Source of the DNA: Squalus acanthias
Lineage: Eukaryota
DNA: 41,024 nucleotides
NCBI GenBank assembly: GCA_030390025.1
Contig: JASTWF010000362.1
Span: 434,001-475,024 of the forward strand
Direction of reading: 5' to 3'
Positions 23,530 to 35,180 of the stretch are shown piece after piece. The notes under the pieces are model-generated. The model worked only from the letters and a program-made list of their open reading frames with translations, had not been told where the DNA came from and searched no databases. Numbering within the stretch: position 1 is the first letter of the stretch; each line of letters opens with the position of its first letter. A program made the position numbers and the translations under genes.

Positions 23530-24469
23530 TTAGTTTAAACCCTCCCCAACAGCACGGGCAAACCTCCCTGTGAGGATATTGGTCCTGGCTCTGTTGAGGT
23601 GCAACCCGTCCGGCCTGTACAGGTCCCACCTCCCCCAGAACCGGTCCCAATGCCCCAGGAATCTAAAGCCCTCCCTCCTGCACCATCTCTCCAGCCACGC
23701 AATCATCTGCTCTATCCTCCTATTTCTATACTCACTTGCACGTGGCACCGGGAGTAATCCAGAGATTACTACCTTTGAGGTCCTGCTTTTTAATCTCTTT
23801 CCTAGCTCCCTCAAATCTGTCTGCAGGACCTCATCCCTCTTTCTACCTATGTCGTTGGTACCAATATGGACCACGACCGCTGGCTGTTCACCCTCCCCCC
23901 TCAGAATGTTCTGCAGCCGCTCAGAGACACCCTTGGCCCTGGCACCAGGGAGGCAACATACCATCCTGGAGTCACGTCTACGGCCGCAGAAACGCCTGTC
24001 TGCTCCCCTAACTATCGAATCCCCTACCACTATTGCTCTCCCACTCTTCTTCCTCCCCCCCCGTACAGCTGAACCACCCGTGGTGCCACGGACTTGGCTT
24101 TGGCTGCACTCCCCAGAGGAACCATCGCCCTCACCAGTACTCAGAACCGAATACTGGTTGGAGAGCGAGATGCACTCCGGGGACTCCTGCACTACCTGCC
24201 CGGTCCTCCTTTTCTGTCTGACAGTCACCCATTCCCTCTCTGCCTGCAAACTCTTTACCTGCGGGGTGACCACCTCCTGAAACGTAGCTCTCAGCCTCGC
24301 GGATGCACCGCAGTGACGCCAGCTGCTGCTCAAGCTCCGAAACCCGGAGCTCGAGCTCCTCCAGCTGACGACACTTCCTGCACATGTGGTTGTCCGGGAC
24401 ACGGGAAGCGTGCTGGAGTCCCCACATGGCACAGGGTGTGCATTCCGCGGGACTGAGCTGCCCTGCCAT
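23530..24469 (-). pseudogene. CR1 ORF1: zinc finger, coiled coil and SGNH esterase; frameshifted near 24283
   Basis: CTPC...HMCRKC and LEELELRVSELEQQL in one frame; VVGDSIVRG, HIGTNDI and DGLHLN in another. Confidence 0.92.
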
Positions 24470-25834
24470 GCCTCTATTTAATAGGCTATTAACTAAACTT
24501 ACAGAAACTTAAGACTAAGATGTATCTGATTCAAGTTATTAATATAACATAACAGTTACTAATTTAATTTAGTATTAACTGTTACTGATCTCCAAGTTTC
24601 TGCTTAACTCCTAGCCAGCTATTTAACCCCGGCCCCTAACTTGAAGAACAAAAAAACCGATGTGACCTTTACAAACCAGTCAGTTACCAGCTATCCTGTG
24701 ATGTCAATCCTGGATCTTTTTCTTTCTCTGCTCTGCGAGACAGGGGAGGGGGAGGGAGAGGAGAGATTACATAAACTAGGCTTGTATTCCCCGGAATATA
24801 GAAGGTTAAAGCGTGGTTTGATTGTTGTTTTTAGGATTTTGAAAGGAATTGATGGGGTAGATGGAGAGAAAGCTGTTCCGCTGGTGGGGGGAGTCTAGGA
24901 CAAGGGGACAGGACCTTAAAATCAGAGCCAGGCCGTTCAGGAGAGAGGTTAGGGAAACACTCATTCACGCAAAGGGTGGTAGAATTGTGGAACTCTCTCC
25001 CTCAAAATGCAGCAGATGCTCGCTCAGTTAATAATTTCAAATCGGAGATCGATAGATTTTTGCCAGCCAAGGGTTTAGACGAATACGGAGCCAAGGCGGG
25101 TGGATGGAGTTCGGAGACAGATCAGCCGTGATCTCATTGAATGGCACAACAGGCTCGAGGGGCCGAATGGCCTCCTCCTGTTCCCACGCTCCTGTCGATA
25201 TATAGGTCTGTGTGCGTCCTTTTCTTCTGTTGCTAGGTGCTGCTATGGTGATAACTCAAAGCATCCACGTCATCCTTTAAAACGCTCCGGTTCCCTTTAA
25301 TGTAACTATTCCTACATTGAGCTATAAGGTAGTAAGCCCAGTGCCTGGGTCTCACTGCTGGACCGAGAACAGAGAAACCAGCGGGAACGATCGGGCGGAG
25401 GAGCAGGTGAAGATAGACCTTGTTGGGGGGCGGGGGGGGGGTGCAGGGAAAGCCCCTGAGGGCTGTTGCGACAGTTCATGGGGCCGGCCCACTCGAATCT
25501 CTCTCCGTGATCCTCCAGGGTTCATTTGGTGAATCCCCTTTCATTGGGTCCAGGAATTTGCTGCAAAATTTTCACCGTTGTGAAAATGCTCACTGTAAAA
25601 ATTACTTTCAATTCATTTTTACATAGAGTCATCGAGTCATAATGGCACAGAAGGAGGCCATTCGGCCCATCGATTCCATGCCGGACTTTAATTTGACGGA
25701 AATGTCTCACCCCCACATCCCAGCTGTTCCTGAATTATATTGAATCTATCCGAGGCTGCGTTTATACTGACACTCCTGGGTCAGTGGGAAGTGCTTTTGG
25801 GATGTGCATCTGCTCAAGGGGTAACAATACAACT

Positions 25835-26755
25835 CAGGATGATACCAGGGCTTAGAGAGTTAAATTATGAGGAAAGGTTGCACAGGGCTGTCCTATGAGG
25901 AGAGATTGAGTAGATTGGTCCCATACTCTCTGGAGTTTAGAAGAATGAGAGGTGATCTCATTGAAACATAGAAGATTCTGAGGGGGATTGACAGGGTAGA
26001 TGCTGAGAGGTTGTTTCCCCTGGCTGGAGAGTCTAGAACCAGGGGTCACAGTCTCAGATAAGGGGTCGGCCATTTAGGACTGAGATGAGGAGGAATTCCT
26101 TCACTCAGAGGGTGGTGAATCTTCGGAATTCTCGACCCCAGAGGGCTGTGGAGGCTCAGTCGTTGAGTATATTCAAGACAGAGATCGATAGATTTTTGGA
26201 TATTAAGGGAATCAAGCGATATGGGGATAGTGCGGGAAAGTGGAGATGAGGTCGAAGATCAGCCATGATCTTACTGAATGGCGGAGCAGGCTCGAGGGGC
26301 CGAGTGGCCGACTCCTGCTCCTAATTCTTATGTTCTTAAACTTGCTTGTATTCCCTTGAGTTTAGAAGATTGTGAGGGGTGATCTGATCGAGGTGCTTAA
26401 AATGTTAAAGGGATTTGATAGAGTAGATGCGGAACAACTATTTCCTCTGGTGGGGGAAATCAAGAGCGAGGGGACATAACCTTAAAATTAGAGCGAGGCC
26501 ATTTAGGGGGGAAATCCGGAAGCATTTTTCACACAAAGGCTGGTGGAAATCTGGAACTCTGTCCCCCAAAAGCCTGTGGATGCCGGAGCTCAACTGGAGC
26601 TTTCAAGACTGAGATCGACAGACTTTTTGTTATGTCAGGGGCATCAAGGAATGTGGAGCAAAGGCGGGTAAATGGAGTTGAGGCGCAGACCAGCCCTGGA
26701 ATGGCGGAGCAGGCTCGAGGGGGCTGAATGGCCTCCTCCTGCTCCGAAATGTTTC
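25835..26755 (+). mobile_element. Nested CR1 3' fragments (inner copy about 25882-26338)
   Basis: Outer copy breaks after AGGTTGCAC and resumes at AAACTTGCTTGTATTCCC after the inner TTCTTATGTTCTT tail. Confidence 0.85.
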
Positions 26756-27310
26756 TAAACACAATCCACAAAGCGCCGGAGAGAAATCCCAGAAACCTGT
26801 GGAATAAAAATCGGTCGAGATGTCAGCAGTCACCGGAGACGCGAGCTGTGCGGGGGACCGAGCACGGTGGGTGGTACCGGAGGAGCTCTGGCCCCTCGCA
26901 TCCCATTCCCACCACGCCAGCACCTCCAGCTGCCTCACTCACACCCTCGCAAAAAACTGACAATCACACAGTTGAACCGTCAGAAAGATGTCGATGAAAT
27001 ATATTGTTCAGAACAAACTGGGTTTAAAAACAAAGCGAAACGCACAACTTTTCACATTGATTTCTGGCAGAGGATATTTTCCAAGCTCACCTTCCCATAT
27101 GGACTGCGACATATCATTTCAAAATGAAATAATTGCACATATATTTTCCATTAAAGCGTTCAGTTAAATATTCACACGATTGTGAGCACATTTATTCCAC
27201 CATTTGATTATTCGATAGTGATTCTTTGATAGACCTCCGGACTTCAGTATCAATGTGAACCTTCAATATAGCATTAATAATGATTGACAGGTTAGTGATC
27301 CCCACCTAAA

Positions 27311-27815
27311 CTTGCCTGGATGAGTGCAGCTCCAACAACACTCAAGAAGCTCGACACCATCCAGGACAAAGCAGCCCGCTTGATTGGCACCCCATCCACC
27401 ACCTTAAACATTCACTCCCTCCATCACCGGCGTACCGTGGCTGCAGTGTGTACCATCTACAAGATGCACTGCAGCAACTCGCCAAGGCTTCTTCGGCAGC
27501 ACCTCCCAAACCCGCGACCTCTTCCACCTAGAAGGACAAGGGCAGCAGGCGCATGGGAACACCACCACCTCCAAGTTCCCCTCCAAGTCACACACCATCC
27601 TGACTTGGAAATATATCGCCGTTCCTTCATCGTCGCTGGGTCAAAATCCTGGAACTCCCTCCCTAACAGCACTGTGGGAGTACCTTCACCACACGGACTG
27701 CAGCGGTTCAAGAAGGCGGCTCTCACCACCACCTTCTCAAGGAGCAATTAGGGATGGGCAATAAATGCTGGCCTTGCCAGCGATGCCCACATCCCGATAA
27801 TTAATTTTTAAAAAA
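27311..27815 (+). mobile_element. Family-B LINE 3' fragment
   Basis: MSAAPTTLKKLDTIQDKA...SWNSLP, followed by the tail. Confidence 0.9.
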
Positions 27816-27879
27816 GCCTACCTGTAGCTCAGATATCTATATCACAGGAGGGATTTCAATAGCCCATTGAGTTTAAAAA

Positions 27880-28317
27880 GAAAAGAAAGACTTGCATTTC
27901 TATAGCGCCTTTCATGACCTCCGGAGGTCCCAAAACACTCTATAGCCAATGAAGTGTCATCACTGTTGTAATGTAGGAAACGCGCCAGCCAAGTTGCGCA
28001 CAGCAAGCTCCCACAAACAGCAATGTGATCATTGTTCATATAACCTGCTTTTTAATGATGCTGGTTGAGGCATAACCAGGGAGGACTCCTGTGCTCTTCT
28101 TTCAAATAGTGGTCACAGGATCTTTTGTATTCACCCGAAAGGGCAGACGGGGCCTTGGTTTAACGTCTCATCCAAATGTCGGCACCTCTGACAGTGCAGC
28201 ACTCCCTCAGTGGAGTGTGTCAGCCTGGATTATGTGGCTCAAGTCTCTGGAGTGGGACTTGAACCCACAACCTTCTGACTGAGAGGCGAGAGTGCTACCC
28301 ACTGAGCCATGGCTGAT
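27880..28317 (-). mobile_element. Deu-SINE
   Basis: Head, core and tail as in other copies. Confidence 0.85.
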
Positions 28318-28589
28318 CCAGGATTGACAGTCCTGCGATTCTGCTGTGAGAGAGTCCGGTGTCCCTTGAAGCTGCCAATGTTATGAGTGAGTTCCGTTCA
28401 TTCACCCCTGGAGGAGCTGGAGAGGCAGCACATTGCCTGGCCACAGATACAGGTCCTGTTCATCGGCTCACCGGAGCTTCATGGCAAATTGGCTGTTCCA
28501 AATGTCAGCCCGGACAGTGAGGAGTTGGTGGCTACTCGACCGTGGGAGCATCGCAGCCAGATCCTATCCGCACCCGTTATCCAGAGAGA

Positions 28590-29696
28590 GACATACACAC
28601 CTACAGCTGCACGTGCACAGCAACACACTCTCACACTCACACTCTCACACACACACACACCCACACATACACACTCACACACATACACACACACTCTCAC
28701 ACTCACACTCTCACACACATACACACACTCACACACACACACTCACTCACACCAACATACATACACATACATACACACTCACACACACACATACACACTC
28801 ACACACACACTCACACACACACACACACACTCACACATACCCACACATACACACTCACACACATACACACACGCTCTCACACACACTCACACACACACTC
28901 ACACCCACATTCACACACACTCTCTCACACCCACACACACACACTCACACACCCACAGACACACACTCACACTCTCTCACACCCACACACACACTCACAC
29001 ATCCACAGACGCACCCTCACTCACACACACTCACACACGCACTCACACACTCAAAAACACACAGACACACACACACACACCCACTCACACCCACAGACAC
29101 CCACACCCACACACACTCACACCCAAAGACACACACACACTCACACACACACACACTCACACCCACTCACACCCACACACACAATCACACACACACACAT
29201 TCACTCACACTCACACACACACACTCACACTCAGACACACTCACACACACACACACTCACACACTCACACTCACACTCACACACACTCACTCACACTCAC
29301 ACACTCACACTCACACTCAGACACACTCACTCACACTCACACACACACTCACACACACTCACACACACTCACTCACACTCACACTCACACACTCACACTC
29401 ACACTCAGACACACTCACTCACACACACACACTCACACACACTCACACTCACACACACACTCACACACACTCACTCACACTCACACTCACACCCACACTC
29501 ACACACACTCACACTTACACACACACTCACACACACTCACACACACACACTCACACACACACACACACTCACACACACACACTCACACTCACACACCCAC
29601 ACCCACACACCCACAGACACACTCACACACAGACACACCCACGCACACACTCACCCACAGACACACTCACACACACCCACACACACACACACACAC
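28590..29696. repeat. CA-rich compound microsatellite, (CA)n/(CACACT)n
   Basis: About 1.1 kb, directly visible. Confidence 0.97.
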
Positions 29697-30570
29697 TGCA
29701 CTGTCGGAGGGGCAGTACTGAGGGAGCGCTGCACTGTCGGAGGGGCAGTACTAAGGGAGTGCTGCACTGTCGGAGGGGCAGTACTGAGGGAGCGCTGCAC
29801 TGTCGGAGGGGCAGTACTGAGGGAGCGCCGCACTGTCGGAGGGGCAGTACTGAGGGAGCGCCGCACTGTGGGAGGGGCAGTACTGAGGGAGTGCCGCACT
29901 GTCGGAGGGGCAGTACTGAGGGAGCGCCACACTGTCAGAGGGGCAGTACTGAGGGAGCGCCGCACTGTCGGAGGGGCAGTACTGAGGGAGCACCGCACTG
30001 TCGGAGGGGCAGTACTGAGGGAGCGCCGCACTGTCGGAGGGGCAGTACTGAGGGAGCGCCGCACTGTCGGAGGGGCAGTACTGAGGGAGCGCCGCACTGT
30101 CGGAGGGGCAGTACTGAGGGAGCGCCGCACTGTCGGAGGGGCGGTACTGAGGGAGCGCCGCACTGTCGGAGGGGCGGTACTGAGGGAGCGCCGCACTGTC
30201 GGAGGGGCGGTACTGAGGGAGCGCTGCACTGTCGGAGGTGCCGTCTTTTGGATGAGATGTTAAACCGAGGCCCCGTCTGCTCTCTCAGGTGGATGTAAAT
30301 GATCCCAGGGCATTATTTCGAAGAAGAGCAGGGGAGTTCTGCCCGGTGTCCTGGTCAATATTTATCCCTCAACCAACATCACTAAAACAGATTATCTGGT
30401 CATTATCACACTGCTGTTTGTGGGAGTTTGCGGTGTGTAAATTGACTGCCGCGTTTCCTACATTACAACAGTGACTACACGTCAAAAAGTACTTCATTGG
30501 CTGTAAAGTGCTTCGGGATGCCCGATGGTTGTGACGGGCGCTACAGAAACGCAAGTCTGTCTTTTCTTCT
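29697..30570 (+). mobile_element. Headless Deu-SINE with 33-bp VNTR (about 16 units, 29697-30238)
   Basis: Array followed by the complete SINE core and tail. Confidence 0.92.
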
Positions 30571-31129
30571 TTAAGCAGGGTAAGACCTGCCCTAAATGCA
30601 GGAGTGCCCGGTGAAAGCGTTCAGTGTTCAGACCCCAGCAGCCCAGGGCCGTGTCTCAAGGCTGATCTATTCTCCATTCTCCGCGTTAATACCCCTGAAA
30701 CGAGTGTTGGTTTAGGTGGGTTTGCTCGGAATGTTGGCAATCCTACCCACTGACTCGTAAAGCAGACATTCTGTTGATTCAGCTCCCAGTTCACAGGCTG
30801 CAGCGTCACAGTGAGAGGAGAGGGGTTTAGAAAAACATCTCCCGTACATTCGAAAATCTTCTGTCTGCACGCACCTCCTGTCAACCTCTTCCATTCTAAA
30901 TCCTCCTCCCCGCCTTTATAAGCAAAAGAACTTGCATTTAGATATTTAGACCGCGTCTTTCGCAGTGTCCCAATGTCCCAGACAATGAAGTATAGTCACT
31001 GCTGTCACTTGCAATGACCAGATCATCTGGGGTTTTTTAAGTGATGTTGGTTGAGGGATAAATATTGGAGAACTCCCCCCCCGCCCTGTTCTTCTTCGAA
31101 ATAGTGGCTGTGGGATCTTTTACATCCCC

Positions 31130-31782
31130 CTCGAGCCTGTTCGGCCATTCTATTAGATCATGGCCAATCTGTACCTCAACCCCATTCACCAGAGGTAATA
31201 GTATCTCCGTGTCTCCTCCATCGCATCCTTTTAACAGTTTAAGCTCCTCGATCAGATCACCTTCAATCTTCTAAACTCGAGGGAATACAAGCCAAGTTTA
31301 TGCAACCTGTCCTCATAATTTAACCCTCTAAGCCGTTGAAGGGGGCAGGGCAGGTTGAGAAAGCGGTTAAAAAAGCATACGGGATCCTGGGCTTCATGAA
31401 TAGAGGCATAGAATACAAAAGCAAGGAAGTTATGATGAACCTGTATAAAACACTGGTTCGGCCTCCACTGGAGTACTGTGTCCAATTCTGGGCACCGCAC
31501 TTTAGGAAGGATGTGACGGCCTTAGAGAGGGTGCAAAAAAGATTTACGAGAATGATTCCAGGGATGAGGGACTTCAGTTACGTGGATAGACTGGAGAAGC
31601 TGGGATTGTTCTCCTTGGAGCAGAGAGGATTGAGAGGAGATTTGATCGAGGTGTTCAAAATCATCAGGTGTCCGGACAGAGTAGATAGAGGGAAACTGTT
31701 CCCATTGGCGGAAGGGTCGAGAACCAGAGGACACAGATTTAAGGTGATTGGCAAAAGAACCAAAGGCGACGTAAGAAAAAAC
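31130..31782. mobile_element. Abutting CR1 fragments (- strand about 31130-31335; + strand 31336-31782)
   Basis: The + strand ORF GQVEKAVKKAYGILGF...TKGDVRKN is nearly identical to 20531-21208. Confidence 0.88.
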
Positions 31783-32339
31783 CACGACACGACCATACCC
31801 CAGTTATTTCACATGAGGCGGTTTCCCGAGCTAAATACTTATTTTAAGCAATGCAGCAACACAACCAGCAGGTGGTGCTGCAGCCTTACTTATGTGGACC
31901 AATCCCCTGCAGCATCAATGAGGGCCAATCAGGGGGCTCCCATGGCCCTGGGAGCAGTGACTCCCACAGGCCCCGCCCTCCCCGGAGAGCAACTCTCACT
32001 GCTCACTTTTTGCTCAACTTTTTTTGCATTTTTTATTTTCTTTTGCTTTCTACTGTCCCGAACGGCAAAACATCCAGAATCCACCGAACAGTGAAACCAG
32101 AGACACACAGGGAGCGGCAATTCTATTGCACAGAATCATAGAATGGTTACAGCGCAGAAGGAGGCCGCTCGGCCCATCGAGCCCGTGCTGGCTCTCTGCC
32201 AGAGCACTTCAGCCCCTCCCACATCGAAAACCTGACATCAGATGCAACACAATGTGAAATAATGCAACCCCCATTACAACTCCCCTCTGATTGCAGTTCA
32301 CCAGTTGTTACATAGGAAGAGGAGTCGGACCATTCAACC

Positions 32340-33033
32340 TCAGGACGCCAATTAAGTACTTTTATGAAGTGTTGTAATGTAGGAAACGCGGCAATTTGCG
32401 CACAGCAAGACTCCCACAAACAGCAACATGATAATGACCAGATAATCTGTTTTAGTTTAATTTGAGGGATAAATATTGGCCCCAGGACACCGGGGATAAC
32501 TTCCCCTGCTCTTCTTCAAAATAGTGACCGTGGGATCTTTTACATACACCTGAGAGAGCAGACGTTGTAGTGCTGAGTGAGTGCTGCACTGTCAGAGGTG
32601 CCATTTTTTGGATGAGACGTTAAACCGAGGCTTCGTCCCACGACCACTATTTCAAAGAAGAGTTCTCCCCGGCCAATATTTATTCCTCAAAGTGTGCTGG
32701 AATACTCTTCACTTGCCTGGATGAGTGCAGCTCCAACAACACTCAAGAAGCTCGACACCATCCAGGACAAAGCAGACCGCTTGATTGGCACCCCATCCAC
32801 CACCTTAAACATTCACTCCCTCCACCACCGGCGTACCGTGGCTGCAGTGCGTACCATCTACCATCTCGGTTTAACGTCTCATCCGAAAGACGGTACCTCC
32901 GACAGTGCAGCACTCCCTCAGCACTGCACTGAGTGTCAGCCTGGATTTTTGTGCTCAAGTCACGGGAGCGGGACTTGAACCCACAACCTTCATGACTCAG
33001 AGTTGAGGGTGCTGCCCACTGAGCCACAGCTGG
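32340..33033. mobile_element. Mosaic of Deu-SINE pieces and a family-B LINE piece
   Basis: Matches other copies in this window. Confidence 0.75.
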
Positions 33034-33319
33034 ATATCTCATTCAAGCAGCTGGTTTGGGGCAGGTTGTTTCAGCTCAAGCGCTGAAGCCGGAGTTTGGT
33101 TAACGGAGGCTGAATTGCTGCTGTCTGTAACGTTTTTAATTCTCAATATAAAGTTACTCCATTTCATTCAATTCTGGGTTACAAAGAAACTAGTTGAGGA
33201 CAGTTGGGTAAATGCGGTGATTGGGGACCTGCATTGCTCAGAGAATCGGGGCGAATGTGTCGTCATTGTGTCTCTGACCCCCCCACGACCTGGGGATTGG
33301 CTTTCCCGGTGGGAGCGCC

Positions 33320-33925
33320 GAATTTACACTCCAGAAAGGAGAAGGCTGAAGGTGACCTGATCGAAGGAGGCTTGACATGGGGAGACGTAGAGAAGCTGTT
33401 TCCACCTGTGGGCTTCTGGAGCGGGGGTGGGCGAGACCAAAACTCGGGGCCATCAATAGAAGATCATCACCAATAAATCCAATGGGGAATTCAGGAGAAA
33501 CTTCTTTACCCAGAGAGTGGTGAGAATGTGGAACTCGCTCCCACAGGGAGTGGTTGAGGAGAATAGTATAGATACATTTAAGGGGAAGCTGGATAAACAC
33601 ATGAGGGAGAAAGGAATAGAAGGATATGCTGATGGGGTGAGATGAAGTAGGGTGGGAGGAGGCTGGTGTTGGGCATAAACACCGACATAGACCTGTGGGC
33701 CGAATGGCCTGTTTCTGTGCTGAACGTTTGATGTAACTCGATAACTTTATATTTAGTGTCAGTAGTTCTTCTACGGCTGATGGGAAACTCCTATCACAGG
33801 CATTTGCTTTCGATTTGGTTAAACTGTTGTCAGTAAGAAGCCACTTACAGTGGCAAATGGCGGCAAAGTGGAGTTGAGGTCGAAGGTCAGCCATGGCCGA
33901 CTCCTGCTCCGAATTCTATGTTCTT
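33320..33925 (+). mobile_element. CR1 3' fragments
   Basis: GAAACTTCTTTACCCAGAGAGTGGTGAGAATGTGGAACTCG; GGCCGAATGGCC hairpin. Confidence 0.82.
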
Positions 33926-34348
33926 AAACATCCGTGACACGTTTGTCGAAATGTGGGCAGATTGAGAATCACTCCTACCGCTCACCCTATCAGAGGCCTC
34001 TCCCTTTTTGTTCTTTTACCTCCTCCTCCCCCCGTCCCCTCCACTTTTCCCTGGCTCTGCGTTTGCTGAAAAGCTGCCGCTGTCTCTGTCATCACCTCCA
34101 GCTCTACAACCCTCCGAGATCTCTGCGCTCCTCCAATTCTGACCTCTTGACCATCTCGCGTCTTCAGCTGCCTGGGCCCTAAGCTCTGGAATTCCCTCCC
34201 TAAACCTCTCCGCCTCTCGACCTCGCTCTCCTGCTTTGAGACGTTCTTTAAAACCTACCTCTTTGACCGAGCTTTTGGTCACCTGCCTTAATATCTCATG
34301 TGAGAAGTCGCACAACACCAGGTTATAGTCCAACAGCTTTATTTGAAA

Positions 34349-34385
34349 TCACAAGCTTTCGGAGCGCTGCTCCTTCGTCAGGTGA
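34349..34385 (-). ncRNA. Minimal type I hammerhead ribozyme motif (mirror copy)
   Basis: Exact reverse complement of 34555-34591. Confidence 0.78.
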
Positions 34386-34554
34386 AGTGAAGAGATGCAT
34401 ATAGGCACAGCATATATAGGCCACCATCCACACCTTTGATTGCCGTGATTATCTCTCTGCCGAGGTGTGATAAAGGGCAGTTGGAAAGATTAACTGTAGT
34501 CATCTGGCTGTGTTCTCTGACTATATATGCTGTGCCTATATGCATCTCTTCACT

Positions 34555-34591
34555 TCACCTGACGAAGGAGCAGCGCTCCGAAAGCTTGTGA
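34555..34591 (+). ncRNA. Minimal type I hammerhead ribozyme motif
   Basis: UCAC-CUGACGA-A-GGAGC(AGC)GCUCC-GAA-AGCU-U-GUGA: 4-bp stem I, intact core, 5-bp stem II, palindromic AGCU stem III. Confidence 0.78.
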
Positions 34592-34804
34592 TTTCAAATA
34601 AAGCTGTTGGACTATAACCTGGTGTTGTGCGACTTCTCACATTTGTCCACCCCAGTCCAACACCGGCATCTCCGCATCATGGTTAATATCTCATCATGTG
34701 ACTCGGTGTCAGATTGTGTTTGATAATCGCTCCTGTGAAGCGCCTTGGGACGTTTTACTACGTTAAAGGCGCTGGATAAATACAAGCTGTTGTTTGAATC
34801 TCTA

Positions 34805-34920
34805 ACTATCTTCCCGTTCTGACGGAAAGTCATCGTCCTGAAACGTTAACTCTGTTCCTCGCTCCGCAGATGCTGCCTGACCTGCTGAGTGTTTCCCAGC
34901 ATGTTTTGTTTTTTATTTTT
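34805..34920 (+). mobile_element. Penelope-like terminal fragment (second family) with a degenerate hammerhead at 34816-34850
   Basis: GTT-CTGACGG-AAAGTCATCGTCCT-GAAACGTT-AAC, then CAGATGCTGCCTGACCTGCTGAGT; homologous to 37540-37860. Confidence 0.7.
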
Positions 34921-35180
34921 AATTCAGGTCAAGAATGTATTGCCGCCGAGCTGCACTTGTCCACTAGAGGCCGTGCGCTTTGGTTTCCTCATTTCCTGTC
35001 AGTGGGCATTTTTAAGCGAGTCAGGAACCAAGTGGAGGAACAATAAACCATTCAAGGTGGCCACCATCGCTCTCACCTCCTACGTTCCTTCCCTGCGTTC
35101 CTGTTTCCTGCAGTTTACATTTTTATTAAACCATGATGCCTTTGAGCTGATCTACCTAATAAAGCCCAGAGCATGAAAGA

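Larger units (their letters stand above)
20526..24757 (-). mobile_element. Near-full-length CR1 LINE (about 4.2 kb), degenerate
   Basis: 5' UTR, ORF1, ORF2 (endonuclease and RT), 3' hairpin GGCCGAATGGCC and ATTCTATGATTCTA microsatellite tail. Confidence 0.95.
20398..25185 (+). mobile_element. Older CR1 3' fragment (about 20398-20527 and 24758-25185), split by the antisense CR1
   Basis: ...CCAGGGCTCCAAGGGTTA | GAGGAGAGATTACATAAACTAGG... is collinear with the uninterrupted copy at 9930-9975. Confidence 0.88.
34300..34682. mobile_element. Penelope-like element remnant with inverted pseudo-LTRs, inserted into an L2-like fragment
   Basis: Perfect 122-bp inverted repeat (34298-34419 / 34521-34642). 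12-bp TSD TTAATATCTCAT at 34288-34299 and 34683-34694. Hammerhead motif in each arm. Confidence 0.85.

Noticed and set aside
20531..24469. Active retrotransposon or domesticated esterase/RT gene
   Set aside because: Frameshifts in both ORFs, small deletions and an FEDD active-site variant indicate a dead copy.
28387..30298. His/Thr-rich ORFs up to 621 aa
   Set aside because: Translation of the CA microsatellite.
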